From the NCBI GenBank assembly GCA_958009085.1, contig OY253671.1, positions 186,001-250,000 on the forward strand: DNA of 64,000 nt, read 5' to 3'. Made by a program: the position numbers and the translations under genes. The stretch comes from Protoeuglena noctilucae (taxonomy: Eukaryota). The notes under the pieces are model-generated. The model did no database searches. It was not told where the DNA came from and saw only the letters and a list, made by a program, of their open reading frames with translations. Within the stretch, counting starts at the first letter, position 1; every line of letters begins with the position of its first letter. Positions 39,567 through 58,691 of the stretch are shown here, piece by piece.

Positions 39567-39973
39567 GCGGCTGAGCCGAGCGCGGTCACCGGGGCCGGTG
39601 GGGGCAGGCTGGGGAGCGCCGCTGGGGGGCGCGCAGGGTAGCCAACCGGGTCCTGGCGGCCGCGGGGGAGCGCGACCGGCCCGCGTTGCTGCGGGACGTC
39701 GCACTGTCTGACTCTTGTCATGAGGGGGCTCGGGGTGGGGCTGGGCCGCTGGGCAGGTGCCCTCGCCCAGCGTCTCCGGCCACGTAGCACGAGCCCTTCT
39801 TCGTAAATGCCACATCACTTCCCGTTGAACATGGCTAGCACGGTCAGGAGTTGCGCGGCAATCGAATCGGCACGCAGACGCCGCACAGCGGCGCCTGTTG
39901 ATGCCCGGGTGGTTCGCGTCAACAAGCGGAGAGGATCTCGCTCAAACAGCAGACAGCACTGAGAAATCACGTC

Positions 39974-42781
39974 TCAGTCCCCGGCAAGTACGCGCCCCAT
40001 CGCCCTGGCGTCCTCCGCCGCACCCCATGCGAGCCCCACCGCCTCAGGCCCTCGGACACCCCCTGCCTCTAAGCCCCGGCCTACATCGTCTGCCGGGTCC
40101 CCCGAGCGATCTGCTGGGGCAGGGCCCAGCCGACCGACGGTGCCCTCGGCCGACCCCGACGCCCGCAGGGCGCGCAGCGTTCCCAAGTGCCCCCGGGACG
40201 ACAGCGGGCGCCGTGGCTTCGCGACGGCCTGCGTGTCTCCGACCGGACCGGCCGGCGGCCCCGCTCCCGTCCCCCGGGCACTGGGCCGTCCCTGCCCGAG
40301 CGCTGGGGCGGCCGCAGAGGCAGAGGCAGAGGCGTCCGACGAGGCCCGGCTGACCAAGGAACGCCGTGCGTCCTGGCCGTCCTCCAGAGCGTTGCCCCAG
40401 GCGATAGGCGCGGTGCTTGCGAGGCTGCCGTCCTGGGGTAACGCCCTGACGGCCCCCGCAGGCGCATCTGCTGGGGACCCTCCCACCGTCAGCACCTCTG
40501 ATGGCCCGAAGCCCCTGCACGGCGAGGACGTAACCTTGAGTTAGTTTCTACAACAGGGGACAGCCACGGACCGGGGACGGCTCAACCCTGAATGCGACGC
40601 CCGATGCCACCCGTGCGCAAACGGGTCGCACCTGTTTGCGTGTTCGGATAAAAGTATCTCCTCGTCGGCGTCGCTCCCGGTGTCAGACCCGCTCAAGTGC
40701 CCCGACAGCAACTCCTTGGGTACGTTGCCGTCCGGGAACGACTTGGACTGTGGCAAAAGAAGAGGCTTCGAGGTCTGGCGATGGCGCCATTGCGCAGACA
40801 GGTGCAGGACTGCTGCAAGCAAGGTCATGTCACCACGACCACGCGGCGCACACATCGCCATTTCATATCTGCTGTTGGGCGCCTGGCCCGCATCTGCCCG
40901 TGCGAACTGCGCTGCGACCCACCAGGCTGATCTTGAACTGCCGCAGTTGCTCCAGCAGCCCCTCGTGCCCCAAGTCGCCGATCTCCGTGCCCTGCCGCTG
41001 AGACCCAGGCGCCCCAGTGCCGTCCCTGCGCTTGCCCCGCAGACTCTTGGCCAGACTGCCCGCCATCGCGTCGCCCTGAGTCAGCTCGGACCCAGCAGCA
41101 GTCGAGTCCTCCGCGTCACCGGCGCTCCGAATGTCCCTGCGCGCGCGTGTCGGCGTCACATGAGTCACGTGCGTCAACTCGACGCTGGCGCAGGTGTTGC
41201 TCTGGCGGGCGGCGCAGGTGCGCAGCCGTACCTGAGTCGGTTCTTGCGCCAGAACAGCCCCTCAGCTTTCAGCGGCGCCGCCAGGGGACCCGCGCCATCC
41301 CTCGCTGCCCCGGCCGTGCCCCTGTACCCCGTCGCCTCCCCCGCGACGACGCCCGTGTGCCTCGGTGGCTTCCCCGCCGCTGTGGATGGCCGCACCAGCG
41401 CGGCGCCACCCCCGCTCCGCCCCGCGCCCCAGGACCGGGAGCTCTTCGGCCGCAACACCGCCGTCTGCGGCCGCCCGCTGGGGCCCGCCCCGCCCTCGGC
41501 CTCCAGCCCGTAAGTGAGTGCGTCGATGCCGACCCTTGCGTACCGTAGCCCGTCCATGACCATGTCCATCTCCTCCAAGAGCATCGCGACGTCGTCACGC
41601 TCTGCGACCAAGCTGATCGGTGGTTTGAAACTGTGGACTCGAGCGGAGGCGCGCTGCCGGGGCGTGGGCGAGCATGCCGTCGCTCGGCACCTTGCTCCCC
41701 CGCTGCGTCTCCCTCGCCCTCCGGCGTCCTTCCCCCGCTTTGCTCACGCGCCTCCGGCACCGAGAACGCCACAGTGGGCTCCGCCCGGTCGTCCTCGGTC
41801 ACGGGCGCGTCGTCGAGTGTCTGCAGCGCCCTCACCGCCGAGCACACGTGCCGCCGGTACTGCTCCGCCCGCGACACGGGGTTCCCGACCTGCGAGCGCC
41901 GCGGCAGATGCGGAGGGTCGGCGAAAGGGCCACGGGCGGGTGGGCGGGTGCTGGGGTTCGCTGTGCACGGCACTCGCCAGGGTGAGGTTCTGCAGGCCTT
42001 GGCATAGGGACAGGAACGCAACTTCGTCGAGCGAAGACACGCAATTCCCTTCGAGGTCCGCGACCGCCAGGTACTCCAGATCTGCGGCAGGTGCACGGCT
42101 ACCATTCAAGCCATGAGCAGCTTGCAGAGTGGCACGCCTGGCCGTGTCACAGGCGGGGGCAGGGCGAGGCCCCATCGTCACGTCACTTGCCTCCGAGTGG
42201 GGAGAGATCCTGTATGTCGTTGAACGACGCGTACAGCTCCTCCAAACATGACAGCGAGCCCAAGCCCTGCAGCGTGGGGAGGGAGCACCGGCAGACCCAG
42301 AGCACGCGAAGGCGGGAGAGGCCGGAACCGATATCGCGGGGCGAAGTGAGGATGGAGCCGTTGAGGTTGAGCTCCAGGAGGCCCGGGACGTGCGAGAGAA
42401 GCGAGCTCAGGGGCAGCTCGTTCGCATCGGCCTTCAGCGTCAGCTTCGTCGCGCGCGACAGGTCCTGCGGTATCGGGATATTGCTCGTGTCACGAGCACG
42501 TGGCGGCTCGCACAAAGGGACGGGCAGGAAGCCTCGGGAAGTCGCTGAGAGCATCGGGGCGCCTTCCATCGAAAGCATGCATGCACCGTGTGGCCCGACA
42601 GCTCCCGGAGGGTCTGGACTTCGAGGTCCCGATCGGCGACATAGCCCTCCAGCTCCAGCGTGGCCTCGTCGCGCGACGCGTCGTCCCGGTCCGCCGACGC
42701 CTGCGGCAGCGTCGACGACGTGCTCCTGGCCAAGCCCGCGCCGCCCATCCCGCGGCTCGCAGGCCCCCCAGGAGATCTCAT
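39974..42781 (-). CDS. LRRC56: Leucine-rich repeat protein, LRRC56/ODA8-like (dynein arm assembly)
   Basis: LLELNLNGS, RDIGSGLSRLRVLWVCRC, LEELYASFNDIQDLSPL, DLEGN, LTL|VGNPV, YRRHV...LQTLDD. The low-complexity C-terminal exons and the exact ends are uncertain. Confidence 0.8.
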
Positions 42782-43320
42782 GATGCTCCCATCAATGCGC
42801 AAGGATCGACATTGCCTACAGCGCCTTCCGCAGGGGGGAGCGGGGGCGCATCGGCGACCAAAAAGATTTGCCACACGACAAACCGCTCTTGACCTCCACC
42901 AGAGTCACTGCCGATCATAAATGTCAAGCAGTGATCGGGGCCCCTACCGGCACCGGCAGAAGGCGCCCCAATGCGTCGCCCTGGCCGCGCTGGCAGCGCA
43001 CATGCCAGTCCAGCCCGAGGGCAACGACGCCCCCCTATTCTAGTCTGAAATCGCGCGCCAATGCGATCACCTCGTTCAGACAATGCGCCGTGACGTGTGA
43101 GAGCGCTGCTTGTCTCGCAAACATCCTGTGCACGTTCCCCGTCCTCGCTCCTGCGACTGACCTACGGGGAGTCGAGTCGCTACGTGACACTGCAAGGGCA
43201 TTTGTGAACCTCTGCGGCTTGCATGATGATGCGCTGACCGCCCACCGGGCAGGCTGAGAGCACCGCAGCGCTGGGCACGCTCTGACCGCGGGAGGGCGCA
43301 GGTCGGCGCCGTTGGTCCCC

Positions 43321-49440
<6,120 letters not shown>

Positions 49441-49704
49441 CGGGGTAAATGTGGTTGAGCTGGCACATGTGCTCTCTGGCGAGAAAGTTTACTTCGATTG
49501 AGACTCTCTGCATGTAATTGTCGAGGTTCGTGAGTCAGCGGATTGGCGTTTCACGCCAAATCTTGAAAGTGCATTGGGTTGGTCAGGGACACGCGCGAGT
49601 GGCCCCGCGCGTTGCGTGTCGGCCGTGAGGACTGCGCCTAAGAACAAATTCGCTCGTAAAGAGGCTGCACGGCTGCTTTGTTTCTTACAACATAGCTCGC
49701 AACG

Positions 49705-51737
49705 ATGGCCAGCACCTTCGTGGCGTTGGGCGATCCATCCAGCAGGGTTGCGCGACCCCGGAGGAGCGCGGGGAGCTTCTGGACGCGTTCCCGCTTGGAC
49801 AGTCGCAATGTGGTTGCTCGGGCCATCGAAGTGCGAAAGGTGCGGCGCAGATTCCGGTGCTGAGGGAGCATTCTTCCTGTGAGCCCTGGTGCCGCTCGAC
49901 CGCTGCTCCGTGAGCCGGCCCGCTGCGCAAGTGTCACGAGGTGTCCTGCGCGAATAAGGAGCGCTGTCCGTCCCGTTCCTTCGCCCCGCAGGTGCTGGAA
50001 ACCCTGGTGGAGCGAAAGGATTTGACGGCCGGGGAGACCAAGGCCACGCTGACGGCGATGCTGAATGATTTCGACACCGCGCAAGTCGCAGCATTCCTCG
50101 CGCTGCTGCGGGCCAAGGTGGGGCCACTCGACCGCAGCGAGTAGGCCAGGCCTGCGTCCCAGCTGGATGGCAGTGAATGCGGCCCGCGAGCGCCTTACAG
50201 GAAAGGCCGACCACCCGTCGCGCTCCTGTTTCGCAGGGTGAGACGGCTGACGAGGTGTTTGGACTGGCAGACGCGATGAGGGACCGGGCTGTCAAGGTGG
50301 ATTGCTCCCCGCACAGCGTGGTGGACATCGTGGGCACGGGGGGCGATGGCATCGGGTCCGTGAACATCTCCACGGGCGCCTGCATCATCGCCGCGGCCGC
50401 GGGGGCGCGCGTCGCCAAGCACGGCAGCCGGTCCTCCTCGTCGTTATGCGGGTGCGGCCACGCACGTGCAAACCCAGCCTCTCACAGAGCTGCAGCATGC
50501 ACCGACGCGGTCACAATCCCCTGATACGCAGAGCTGCGGATGTGCTCGAGGCGCTGGGGATTCCAATCGACTTGGGTCCGGATGCGGTGGCACGGTGTGT
50601 GGCGGATGCGGGCATCGGGTTCATGTTCGCGCCCGTCTACCACCCCGCAATGAAGGCCGTGCGGGTGAGCGAACGCGCCGCTGCACGTGAATTGCTGGGC
50701 CTAGCGACGTGGGACCTCCCACGTGGCGGCGCATGGAGCGCTCCCTGGCCTAGCAACGTGGATGTGAGAAGCCCCTTGCCTCGGCGCGGCGCGCGCAGGA
50801 GGTCCGCAGCTCGCTGAAGATCCGGACCGCATTCAACATCCTCGGGCCCATGCTCAACCCGGCGGGCGCCAAGTACGGTCTGGTGGGCGTCTACTCCACC
50901 AGCATTTCCGAGCTCATGGGTGATGCCCTGCAGAAGGCGAGGCGACCGCGCGTGTCGATCTCGGACGCGTCCTCGCTCAGCGCAGTGATAGGGTTCTGAC
51001 AACGACGGCCTGTTCGCGCAGATGGGGATGGAGAAGGCTCTGGTCGTCCACTCCGCGGGCCTGGACGAGCTGACGCCCATGGCGCCCGCGCACATCTACG
51101 AGGTCACGAGTCAGACAAGGCGGACGTACACGCTGGACCCCCAGGAGATGGGCATCAAGCGATGCGAGGCGAGTGGTGCCTTGCAAGCGCATGCGCGGAG
51201 GTTATGAGCTGGATCCCAGCCGCACGCTGGGTGGTTTGTCGCACCGCGTCGCCCCTGTCGCCCCTGTGACCCCTGTCGAGCGCTCTCACTGCAGGTGGAG
51301 GACCTGAAGGGTGGCGATGCGCAGCTGAATGCGACCATTCTGCGGGACGTGTTTGGCGGAGCCAAGGGCCCCGTGGCCGACGCGCTGAACCTGGTGAGGC
51401 GCCGACGGAGTCGCAGCGAAGGTCGCTGCGCCGCGACTGCTCTAAGAACGTCGTCGAGTTGATGAATTGCGCGTGCCTTGCCCTCGACTGCAGAATGCCG
51501 GGGTGGCCCTGGCGGCGTGCAAGGTCGCCAAGGATGTCAAGGAAGGGATCCGAATGGCGCAGGAGGCTCAGGTGAGGAAGAACAGCGCTGCACGCCAAAG
51601 CTGGGGGGGGATCGGCCTGGCGGACCTGGGATGCGAATGCGAGAGGCTTTCAACCGCAGGAGCAAGGCAAAGCGGGCGCGACGCTGAAGAAGTGGGTGGA
51701 CGTCGCAGCCGCGTGCAAGGCGACCGTCGCCATGTGA
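49705..51737 (+). CDS. TRPD: Anthranilate phosphoribosyltransferase, plastid
   Basis: [72 protein letters not shown]. Confidence 0.96.
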
Positions 51738-51798
51738 CCAGCCCACCGCCCACAGCGATCAACCGCAGTGCCCACGCCGTGCGCGCTTGTGAAAGTCG

Positions 51799-52274
51799 TC
51801 ACTTGCCGAAGAGCTGCAGGCGCAAGAACGACGCGAAGTCTTTGAATGAAGCGGAACTGAATGCCTCCTCCGCCATACAAAGCGCGGGCGACGGGCTGGT
51901 CCTGTCGTGCACAGAACTCGCCTTCGCGACGATGTGCAGGACGCCAACGACGAAGATGAACAGCAGGGAGGTGATGAGGACCGTCATAGGCGGCAGCTCG
52001 AACCGCGAGATCCCCCCTGCGCGGATCGGGGGCTCGGCGGCGCTGCATTGCCCGAGGGGCAGCCTGGCGCCACGCGTGTCACGAGCGGGCTGCCTCCGGC
52101 CCCGGCAAAGGCACCCACGCCGGCATGCACAAGCTCGTGCTCTCCCACGCCGGCAGATCTGCCCAGATGCGGGCGATCGGGAGCGGCGTGCACGACGGAC
52201 CCGCAGCGCAAATCTGAGACCCCTTGCGCACCTGCGGAGCCCCCCCCCCTGCCCTTCGCGTCCGCCCTCGCCAT
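51799..52274 (-). CDS. SEC61B: Sec61 beta-like tail-anchored translocon subunit (~50 aa)
   Basis: Spliced C-terminus ELPPMTVLITSLLFIFVVGVLHIVAK|LFGK*; Gly-rich basic N-terminus. First exon uncertain. Confidence 0.75.
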
Positions 52275-52931
52275 CTCTGAAGCACTCGCGTGTCAGGCCG
52301 GGTCGCGATCGGCTCCCGTGCGAGGTCCTGGGCGAGCTCTATGTTCCAGCGTGTCCTACAGACCCTCCTCCCCCAAGGCGATCAGTACCAGCGTGAATGC
52401 GCTTTGGCAGGACACCGTGGGCAGCCTGGGCGATGCGATGCCCCTCCGCCCGACGCATGAAACAGTGACCATTCGAGTTCCCTGCGCTCGCGCTTGAACC
52501 CCTCCCCGCCAACGTGACGCTTCAGCTTGTCGCGACTACTGTCAGCTTGGCGTTTCGTGTCCTGTGACCCCTGCATGCGCGGAGCTTACGTTGACGCGGC
52601 TACAGACGAGTACTGAGCGAACGCCGCGCCGCGATTCGCTTTGGAGGCACCTCGGTGACCCTCGGGGCGCTGCAGCGGGACTTTCGCCGCGTCGCTCCGC
52701 GCGCACACCACTTTCAGCGCCGGCGCATCTGTGAGGGAGCGGACACTGCGCCGTCCCGCCCGAGTCCGTGAGTCCGCGGTCAAGGCGAGTAGGAGTTGTT
52801 GATGCGCTAGCGCGTCGTGCCATCCGCAGCGCAGTTTCGGCGCTCCACGACCCATGCTTCATTCTGCACGCAGCGCTCCGCACAGCGCACGGCACGCGCC
52901 CAGGGAGCCTGGAAACGGCTTCCTGTAACGG

Positions 52932-55177
52932 ATGTCGCGTACTACTTTCCGGTACGGATTCAACAGCCTCGCTCGACTGAGGTCAGCAGATGATTGCTCC
53001 ACCAGCGAGTGCGCGGCGCCCCACGCGTTGGGCACGACGCGTGGAGGGCGGCGCGGGGGCCGAGCGCTCCCGTTCGCGTTCATCACCGGTTCTACTCCGG
53101 TTCTGGCTGGCGACAAGGGGCAACATGCGCGAGGGGTGCCGGAGCTGGCCGGCAGTGCCTCGTTGACCCTGGATGAGCTGCGCTCCTTCGCGCGCAATGC
53201 GTCTCTGGGGGAAGACTGGGCACTTGCCTTTTTCCGGGAGGCGAAGAGCGCGGTTGGCAGGGCGACGAAGACCAAGCAAGAGCCCAGGCGGCAGGAGGAG
53301 GACGCCATCGCAGTGCGCTGCCCTCGGCACAAGCAAGTAGTGCTGCAGCAGTTCGCGGCGTTCGCGTCCAGCCATGAGAAAGGTGGGAGTTTGGTTTGGG
53401 AGGCACATTACGGCTCGGCCCTTGCCTGGCCATCGCGAGACGCCTTCACACCTTTGCATACACCTTCACACCGTCACCTTTACACCGTCGCATCCGTCGC
53501 CCCTCCCCTGCAGCTCTGGAGCTCGCTTTCAAGGCAATGGATGCGGATTCCGACGGCGTCCTCTCGCGTGACGAGGCTCAGGCGGGGCTGGCTACTCTTG
53601 TGATCGCGTGCCCGATGTCTGGGTGCATTTTCAAGGCCAGCAAGGCCAACAGAGGGCGCATCCGTCGCGTCATCGAGCAGAGTCAGCCGCAGCGAGTAGC
53701 CTACGACCTCACCGCCTTCCGTGAAGCCTACCTGAATCTGCCCAAGGATGCCTACTGCCTGGCGGAGTACTTTGCGCCTCCGTCGTCGGCCGAGCGCTGC
53801 GACACGGGGTCCTGCGTCGTGAACCACCACGACGTGCAGCATAAGCGCGCCTCTCCCTGGGGCCACCTCCTGGCGGGCGCGGCCTCTGGGGCCGTCTCCC
53901 GCACCATCACGGCGCCCCTCGAGACGTTGCGACTGCACGCCATGGCGGGCTCCGGCCGGTCACTGCCCGAGGCGAGGGCAACGTCGCGCTTTGAGTGGAT
54001 GTGGCCGTCGCCCCGCAGCCATCGCGGGCCTTCGCTCGGCCCGGCGAGCCCCTGCCTGCCCGCTCGCCCTCGCAGGTTGCCAGGGGCTTGTTCGCAGAGG
54101 GCGGGTGGCGGCGCTTCTTCCGAGGCAACTTGATGAACGTGCTGCGGGCGGCGCCGCAGAAGGCTCTGGACTTCTGCGTCTACGACGCAGCGCTCGAGTG
54201 GGTCACGAGGACCGGTCGCGAACTGCAGCGGAGGCGGGGGGCAGGAGCGGTAGCATCAGTGGGGCCGGGAGCGGGGGGTGCCGTCGAGCAAGGCGAGCCC
54301 TCCGTTGGGCAGACGCTCCTCGCGGCGGGGTTGGCAGGCGCGTGCTCCAACGTCGTACTGTACCCTTTGGAGGTCATCCGGGCGCGCTTGACCGTGGGCG
54401 ACGCCGGCAAGTACGCTGGCATCATCCACGCGGCTCGGACGGTTTTTCGGGAAGAGGGCGTTCGGGGCTTTTACGCCGGCGTCGTGCCGAGCGTCGCGGC
54501 CATCCTCCCGGAGGCAGCCATCACCTACGGGGTGTTCGACCTGCTCAAGGCGAGTCACGAGGCCTCCTCAGCCGCGCCCGTCCCGCGCACCTCTTGCCGC
54601 GCTGCAGTGTGATGGCCGTCCTCCGCCGCTGTCTCGCAGCGCCAGTGGAGGGCCAGCACGGGGAGCGACGTGGGTGTGAGCCAGGCGGTGACGTTCGGAG
54701 CTGCGGCCGCCCTCACGGGACAATTTGTGGCGTACCCGCTCGAGACCATTGCGCGGAGGATGCAGGTCCAGGCGATGAGGGCAGGGCCCCACGCAGCAGG
54801 TGCGGCCGCGGTGTGCCCGCCCCTGCGTAGCTGCGTTACTGCTGCGTCGCTTGGCCGCAGCAATAACGCAGCCATGCATCTCCGCCACCGCAGAATCCTT
54901 GTGGGTCGTGGTGGCGCGCATGGTGCGGGAAGAGGGCCTGGTGTCCTTGTACCGCGGGCTGGCCCCCGCCTCCCTCCGCGTCCTCCCCATGGCGCTCGTC
55001 TCCTTTGGGACCTACGAGGTGGTGCGCAGCGCCCTGGCGGATTATGAGGCGCGCACCTCGTCACAGGCCGGGAGGCGCAGGGCAGCCCCCCGGGCGCGCG
55101 CGCCGCCCAGGCGTGGGCCCGGCCCGCAGGACGGGCTCATTCCACTGCCGCCCAGGCGCGTCGCCGTTGCTGCTTGA
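52932..55177 (+). CDS. Mitochondrial carrier family protein with N-terminal EF-hand
   Basis: EF-hand FKAMDADSDGVLSRDE; three PX[DE]XX[RK] repeats (PLETLR, PLEVIR, PLETIARR); FFRGNLMNVLRAAP. Start uncertain. Confidence 0.88.
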
Positions 55178-55373
55178 CGGGCCTGTGGGTCGCTGTGTTT
55201 CAAGAAGAAAAGGCTAGGTGCGAACGGGACATGTGAGGACCGCTCGGGGTTTTGCGGGCGCACTAGCCGGCCACGCGGGCGCATCAGGCCGCCCGCAAAC
55301 GGCAGGGAGGGCGCGCGGCGGCGGTGGCTCGCAGACCTCGTCTGTGTGGCGTGGCGTGGAAGACCTGGCCAAA

Positions 55374-56330
55374 TCAGTCAAGGTACTTCTCCAGCGTCTG
55401 CGTCAGCGTGGCCTGCGGGCCGGACGGCAGAAAGAGATGGAAAAGTCGAACCTGCTGAAACCGCAACCGGTCCCCGGGCTCTCCCGGGTGGCCCAAGGGA
55501 ACGGATCGCGCGGCGCATGCTTCCCTCACCTTGGGCACCGCGCCGATGACCGTGTCCAGCTTCTTCCCGTTCTTGAAGATCATCACCGTGGGGATGGACC
55601 GGATGCCGTACTCGGAGGCCACCTTGGGCGACTCATCCGTGTTGAGCTTGAGCTGCGGCGAAGAAACGACGCCATGGCTCCCCTGAGGCCCGTCCAGCCG
55701 CCCCGCGCGCGTCCCCGCCCCGGGATCCTCCGACACAGCAGCTCTGCTATGCGCGTGGGGCGTCTCGCGGCGAGGCGAGGGCCAGGGAAGCCCTCCCTTT
55801 CCCGTACTCACCACCCGCACCCTGTCGCCGTACTCCGTCGAAATCTCGTCCACCAGAGGAGCAATCATACGGCATGGCCCGCACCACGGCGCCCAGTAGT
55901 CCACGAGCACCGGCACAGGCGACTTGAGCACCTGCTCCTCCCACGTCTCCTCCGTCACAGTGGAGGCTGCGTGAACAATCGAAAACGAGCGTTTGGGCCT
56001 CGATCGCCGCGTCCCTGGGCCCTCCCGGCGCTCGGGGGGGCGCATCGAGGCGCCACAAATCGCTGCCCCTGTCGACGCCGCGAGGGGTCTGCCAGGTCGG
56101 ATGCGTGCCGCGTCCGGTCGAGCATCAGCGGAGCGCTCTTTCGCCGCACGCGGACGGGGCAGGAGCCCGACGCGCGCGGCCCTCCTGGAGGATTCGGGCG
56201 CCTCACCAGCGTGGGCGACCTGGAGGGATCCGCGGGCCACCTTCGACCGAACCGCGCGAGCTCGCAGCGACGCAGGAGCGGGCGCGAACGCCGGGCCCGC
56301 CGCAATTGCCATCCTTGAGCAGGTCGCCAT
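55374..56330 (-). CDS. TRXM: Thioredoxin m, chloroplast
   Basis: [47 protein letters not shown]; transit peptide. Confidence 0.95.
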   Translation of the reverse strand: MATCSRMAIAAGPAFAPAPASLRARAVRSKVARGSLQVAHAGEAPESSRRAARVGLLPRPRAAKERSADARPDAARIRPGRPLAASTGAAICGASMRPPERREGPGTRRSRPKRSFSIVHAASTVTEETWEEQVLKSPVPVLVDYWAPWCGPCRMIAPLVDEISTEYGDRVRVVSTGKGGLPWPSPRRETPHAHSRAAVSEDPGAGTRAGRLDGPQGSHGVVSSPQLKLNTDESPKVASEYGIRSIPTVMIFKNGKKLDTVIGAVPKVREACAARSVPLGHPGEPGDRLRFQQVRLFHLFLPSGPQATLTQTLEKYLD

Positions 56331-56726
56331 CCTCGCCCCCTGTCGCCCGATGTGCGCGCAACTGCTCCCACACACTCTAGCGTATCGCCCGAACTCGAGA
56401 TTGACGCACTGGGGCGCCGATGTGGCCGGCTCGCGCCGGTCGGGCCCCGGTTTCCGTGCCAGAGCAGGTCCGCCAGCCAGCCGGGGATCCAGTTGAGCCC
56501 GCCTCGCCTCACCGACGTCCCTGATGTCTGCTCGGCATCCGGGGCGGGGCCACACCTAGCCCTCGCCAGCTCTTTCACATCGGGCTGCTCCGCGCAGTGA
56601 GGCGCGCTGCACGGGACGAGATCGCCACGCCTGACGCGGCCTGTCGCGCATTTTGGCGAAGCCCGCTGAGCATCACTAATCCGGGGTGGGCCGGGGCGGC
56701 CCCCTGGCACACATCTGGGTCGGGAA

Positions 56727-58339
56727 ATGGCATCCCCGCCGTGGAAGGTCCCGAGGGACGTGCTGGACGCTGACTCGCCGCTGCGCGCGGCCCTGGATGC
56801 CGCCACCCCCATGCTCGCCCACGGGGCCCTCACGGGTGAGACTGCCGCTTCCCCTGCTGCCCTAGGACCCTCCCATGGGAGGGGTCGTGATGGTAACAAC
56901 TTCGGCGTATTGCCGCCCAGCCAAAGCGACGGCTGTGCGGCGTAAAGCCCGAAGGAGATGGATGCTGAGCGAGCTGCTGCTTCGCGCGGCGCTCGCTTGC
57001 CGGACACGAGACAGGGGTGCTGCAGTCCTGCGCCCCTGCAAAGGCCCCGGCCACATCGCCCGCTGGGCCAGCCTTGCAAAGATGCCCTTTATTACAGCAG
57101 ACTCCCAACCTCCTCATATCTCTGACCCCATCTATCGCTCCGTGCCCGGGAAGCGGCGGTCTTCGGCGGCGTTGTGCTGGGGTGCCAAGCGGCGTGCTAC
57201 TCGGCCCGGGTGTCGTGCGCCATGCCCCTGGCCCCGGCGACGATCGGCGTGGCGACGGTGGGCCTCGCGTCGGCGCTCGCCGGCCAGGCCAGCAAGCAGC
57301 TCGACCGCATGGCTCGCACGGGGCGTGCCGAGCCTGCGTGGACGTGGCGCAAGTGACTACGCCTGCCGCAGCCGCACGGGCGCGCCGCCAGCCTCTTCCC
57401 CGCTCACGCGCATGTGTCCCGGTGCTTGCAGGCGCGAGAAATGGGCGGACTTTGCCGTGGATTTCGTCCTGGGGGCGTTGGCATACAAGGCCCTGGGGGG
57501 TCGCTTCCGCACCATGCTTCCCAGCGACGTGCGATACCCGGGGGCGTTCGCGAAGGAGAGCATTCCGGCCAATGGCAAGGCCTACGCGAACGAGGTCCAG
57601 CGGTGAGGGTTCCCTGTGTGAAGTGCAGGGTTCCTCGGTCGCGCAGGAAGCATTGGCAGTGCGACAGTCGGCGTGTGACATGTCTTGCCGCAGGAAGTCC
57701 ATCCTGAGCCTTTACCGGCGCTACGGGTGCCACCACTGCGGGTCCAAGCGCGGCTCACCCATCGGCGACCACATGCCTCCCAACAAGTCGACACACGGCG
57801 GCGTGGACGGGTCGCTGGGCCCCGTCAACTGGCAAGAACCGAACGAGGTCGTCTACCGCGTCCTGCGCAAGTTACCTGGCGGAGGAAACCGCTTCCCCCC
57901 GCCGAGGTGAGGGCGGCAGCGAGGCGCGTCCCTGCGCTGCCGAACCACCGCGGCGCTTTCGGAGCAGCGCTCATGGTCCATGCGTTGGCAAGGGGTTGCG
58001 TCGCCCTATCTCTCCTCCTCGTCTCCGCGCAGGCAGCGGTACTACCCCCAGTGCGAGTCGTGCTCGAGCAAGCAGAGTTACGCGCTGCGAGCGAACAAGC
58101 GTGTCGTCGTGATGCACTTCGGGGGCTGGCAGGGGGCGTACCTGGGCGCGTTCGTGCCCGCCCTGCACCACGTGGGCACCGAATCGGGAGGAGGGAACTT
58201 TTTGTCAGGGTACACGCGGCCGTGGCGCTGGAGTAACGTGACAGCCGCTGCGGATCGCGCGCGGCGGCGTCTGGACGCGGCCATCGCGGCGCCCTTCCGC
58301 GATGCAGCAGAACAGCTCAGAAAGCTTGGCGGGAGTTGA
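56727..58339 (+). CDS. Membrane-associated protein with a C-terminal HNH-like Zn-binding domain
   Basis: Hydrophobic N-terminal segments, then PGAFAKESIPA, GCHHCG, GDHMPP, QRYYPQCESCSSKQ across 5 exons. Confidence 0.7.
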
Positions 58340-58691
58340 TTTGGACCGGAGCTCCGTTCGTGCTGTTCGACTGGCAGCGATGACTGGCGCACGAGGGGCC
58401 AGCGCGGCACCCCTTGTCTACCTGCGGTTGTCGGCCGACTTTCGAATTGCATCTGGCACGGTCAGCCTCGGCACGGTGGCTGGGTTGTGTAGGGTGGCAC
58501 GGGCTTTTAGCGTGACATGTGCAACTGCTGTTGATCTCTAGACACCACCTTGCAGCCCACGCTTTCTACATCCGCAAAGCCATTGCAATCAACGAGTGAC
58601 TGTCTAGCTGGTCGCTGTCCTCTTCGCCGGAGCCGGCTGAGAATCGCTGGGGAGGCCCCCCCGGTTGACACCTCACGCGTTTGCCGTGGCC

